DNA of 23,287 nt from assembly GCA_000388065.2 (NCBI GenBank), contig KB932207.1, one strand, 5' to 3'. Shown here piece by piece: positions 20,905-23,287 of this stretch. Position numbers and translations under genes: made by a program. Under the pieces are notes generated by a model, which saw only the letters and a program-made list of their open reading frames with translations, had not been told where the DNA came from and did no database searches. The first letter of the stretch is position 1. Each line of letters begins with the position of its first letter. This DNA is from Fonticula alba ATCC 38817. Taxonomy: Eukaryota > Protista > Nucleariida.

Positions 20905-22300
20905 TCAGCCAGACTTGAAGCTCACAGTGCTGGAGGACTCGGGCGAGTCGATGCGCTTGGAAGCGGCCGCCTTCATGGAAATGGTCGAGGTGAGGTTGGC
21001 CACATGCGCAGCGGACAGCCCCCAGTCGTAGCCATAGTTGATGTGCTCCTGTGCCGAAGAAGGCGGGGCAGGGAGCGGCCGGGGAGACAAACGGGCACAT
21101 GGGGCGGGGGGGGGGGCGGGGGGAGATATGGGTGAGCGAACGGCAGAAGGGCGAAAGGACCAGGCGGGGGGGGGGGGGGGCGCGGAAACACGGAGGGGGC
21201 AGGAAAGAATGGGAAGCAGCGAGGTGCGCGCGCGTACGGTAAGGCCGCAGCGCGCCTGAGCCTGGCAAAGGCGCGGCACGGAGAGAATCCCGTCGACGAT
21301 GGGGACATCGGTGTTGATCTGAATATCGAGCAGGGACTTGGTGATGGCACCAAGGATGGCGCCCTTGCAGGCAGCGTTGAACTCGTTGTCCGGGCCGACA
21401 TACTGCGGGTTGTCGGCCATGATGCAGCCGATGGCCAGGACGGCCGAGGGGTTGAGCACTGTGTCCGGACGGCGGCAGCCCAGGCCAGGGAGGAGGGTAA
21501 GTGGGTTGGCAGGGGTCGGCAGGGGGAAGAGGCAGTCACTGGGCCATGCGAGCGGGACCTTGGCGAGAGAGAGAGGGGGGGGGGCAAGAGAGAGAGGGAG
21601 AGAGACAGAGAAAGAGGGGACGGGGAGCACGAACCCTTGATGGACTTGCTGGCGGCGAAGGGCAGGTCCGAGGGGGTGGGAACTTCGATGATGTGGATGC
21701 GCTCCGGGGGGACCATGCAGCTGGTGAGAGCGCGGCTGAGGCGTCACCACAGCGGGGGGAGGGGAGCGAGCGAGCGAGCAGNNNNNNNNNNNNNNNNNNN
21801 NNNNNNNNNNNNNNNNNNNNNNNNNNNNNNNNNNNNNNNNNNNNNNNNNNNNNNNNNNNNNNNNNNNNNNNNNNNNNNNNNNNNNNNNNNNNNNNNNNNN
21901 NNNNNNNNNNNNNNNNNNNNNNNNNNNNNNNNNNNNNNNNNNNNNNNNNNNNNNNNNNNNNNNNNNNNNNNNNNNNNNNNNNNNNNNNNNNNNNNNNNNN
22001 NNNNNNNNNNNNNNNNNNNNNNNNNNNNNNNNNNNNNNNNNNNNNNNNNNNNNNNNNNNNNNNNNGGGGGGGGGCGGACAGCCGGTGCCGGGGAAGGGAA
22101 AAGACGTACATGGCACCCTCGACCAGGGCGCGGTTGATGGTGCCGTAGCGCCGGCAGTGGAGGATGACGAAGGTCTGGTCGCTGGCGTCGACCGAGTTGA
22201 AGGCCCCGGAGCCGCACTGCTGGTCGTGCGAGCCCTCGGTGTTGGAGGCCTTGACCGCCTCGCCTCGGCTGCGGCTGCTGGAGAAGATGGACCCACGCAT
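20905..22300 (-). CDS. RIB4: Divergent 6,7-dimethyl-8-ribityllumazine-synthase-like protein (RIB4/RibH fold), 218 aa; exons 22300-22110, 21735-21635, 21458-21238, 21048-20905
   Basis: Spliced sequence ILHCRRYGTINRALVEGAIRAL...IHIIEVPTPSDLPFAA...AVLAIGCI...DVPIVDGILS...QAQARCG...NYGYDWGLSA follows the lumazine synthase pattern; CDS is 657 nt. Intron 1 spans N-gap 21782-22065. Confidence 0.85.
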
Positions 22301-23287
22301 GGTTGAAGGAGACAGGTGGGAGAGAGAGAGAGAGAGAGAGAGAGAGGAAGAGGGGGGAGGGGGGAGACAGATAGGTATAGGGGGAGGGAGAGAAGGGAGA
22401 GATTGCCTTTCCCCGATGCTGGGAGGAGGCACGAGGAGCAGGCTGGGGGCAGATCGGTCACTGACCGGGCCAGGCCGGGCCAGCAAAGACGGGCCCACGT
22501 CCCGAACGGGAGGCCGGGGGAGGGGGGGGGCGGATCAACATCCTGCCTGTCGGCCGGGCGTCTCCTCCTCCTCCGGGCCGGCGCCGGCCGGCGGGTTTCA
22601 GTTTTGCCCCAACGCACTGGTGGAGCCCCCCATTACCGGAGGCGAGAGGAGAGAGGCCTCCAACGTGGGGGGGGGGGAGGGGGGGGGGCGCGCTCACGTA
22701 TGAAGGAGGGCGGGGGCACTTTCCGAATTGGGCGCGTGTGGGGGGGGGGGGGGGGCCGGCCGGGGGCGGGGGGGAGGGAGGGGCGGGGGCCACCCCGGGC
22801 GGAGGGGGCGCCCCCCGGGGCCCCACCCCCCCGCCGCCCCCCCCCCCCCCTCTGCGAGTTCTCGGCCAGCCGGGCCGCCTGGGGCTGGCCGCGCGAAAGC
22901 GCCCAGACCGCCGCAGGACGTGAGGGCCTCACCGGGGGCAATCGGGCGAGGATGGTCCCCCCGCCCTCGTCCGGCCCCCCGGCCGTGCCCGGAGGAGCGC
23001 ACGGCCCGGCGAGGGGGGGCTAATTGGGACATGCCGGTGGATGCCACTTTTGGGGGGAGGAACGGGGCGGGGAGCCACTGGGGCTTGGGTAATATTGTCC
23101 GGACCCCTCGCCGAGCACCCTCGGGGGGGGGAGGGGGGGCACGGGTGAATCGCGCTCCAACGGCCGCCGGGGCGCCGCGGCCCCTTCCACGGCCGCCGCC
23201 TCAAGGCCGCGAATTTCGCCCTAAAGTATTGCGACACACATATGCACACAGTCGTGGAGACCTCTTCGCCCCGCCCCCCCCCCCCCC

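Noticed and set aside
5090-22300. Idea that ABCG, NOX, DHHC, AUH and the RIB4-like gene form a functional cluster (flavin supply, ROS, export)
   Set aside because: The orientations are mixed, the genes are unrelated housekeeping types, and I found no shared motif; adjacency alone is not evidence without conserved synteny or co-expression.
52-23249. Numerous long overlapping or antisense ORFs in the six-frame track (e.g. 2787..4001 +, 9830..11293 -, 19450..20787 +)
   Set aside because: They are Pro/Arg/Gly/Ala-rich shadow frames expected at this GC content, have no recognisable motifs, and several run through N-gaps or microsatellites.
22301-23287. Possible gene or riboswitch upstream of the lumazine-synthase-like gene
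   Set aside because: The region is low-complexity G/C tracts with no FMN or TPP aptamer core and no convincing exon; it is probably promoter or intergenic sequence.

Overview
GC-rich, intron-containing eukaryotic genomic DNA with four N-gaps. Compact genes, microsatellite- and poly-G/C-rich introns of about 100-200 nt, and a fungus/animal-like gene set suggest an opisthokont protist; a Fonticula-like holomycotan is my inference, not something the sequence proves. I spliced eight genes by hand, and all seven complete models give a CDS length divisible by 3. In order: 3' part of an APE2/Apn2-type AP endonuclease (+); an 866-aa protein with a CCHC knuckle, polyQ and an Rrn10(UAF)-like segment (-); a half-size ABCG transporter with all ATPase motifs degenerate (-); a gp91phox/NoxA-type NADPH oxidase (+); a ZDHHC16-like palmitoyltransferase (-); an AUH-like methylglutaconyl-CoA hydratase (+); a DDX21/50-like DEAD-box helicase (-); and a divergent lumazine-synthase-like protein (-). 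The most notable signals are in RNA processing. Of 24 inferred 5' splice sites, 22 have C and none has A at +4 (GTRCGT). An AATAYA-type hexamer, rather than AATAAA, lies downstream of most stop codons. There are also two probable pseudoenzymes (ABCG, lumazine synthase) and an in-frame coding-like tail beyond the DDX21 stop. I saw no rRNA, tRNA, CRISPR array or transposon. Most long ORFs in the supplied track are GC-driven shadow frames or intron read-throughs.
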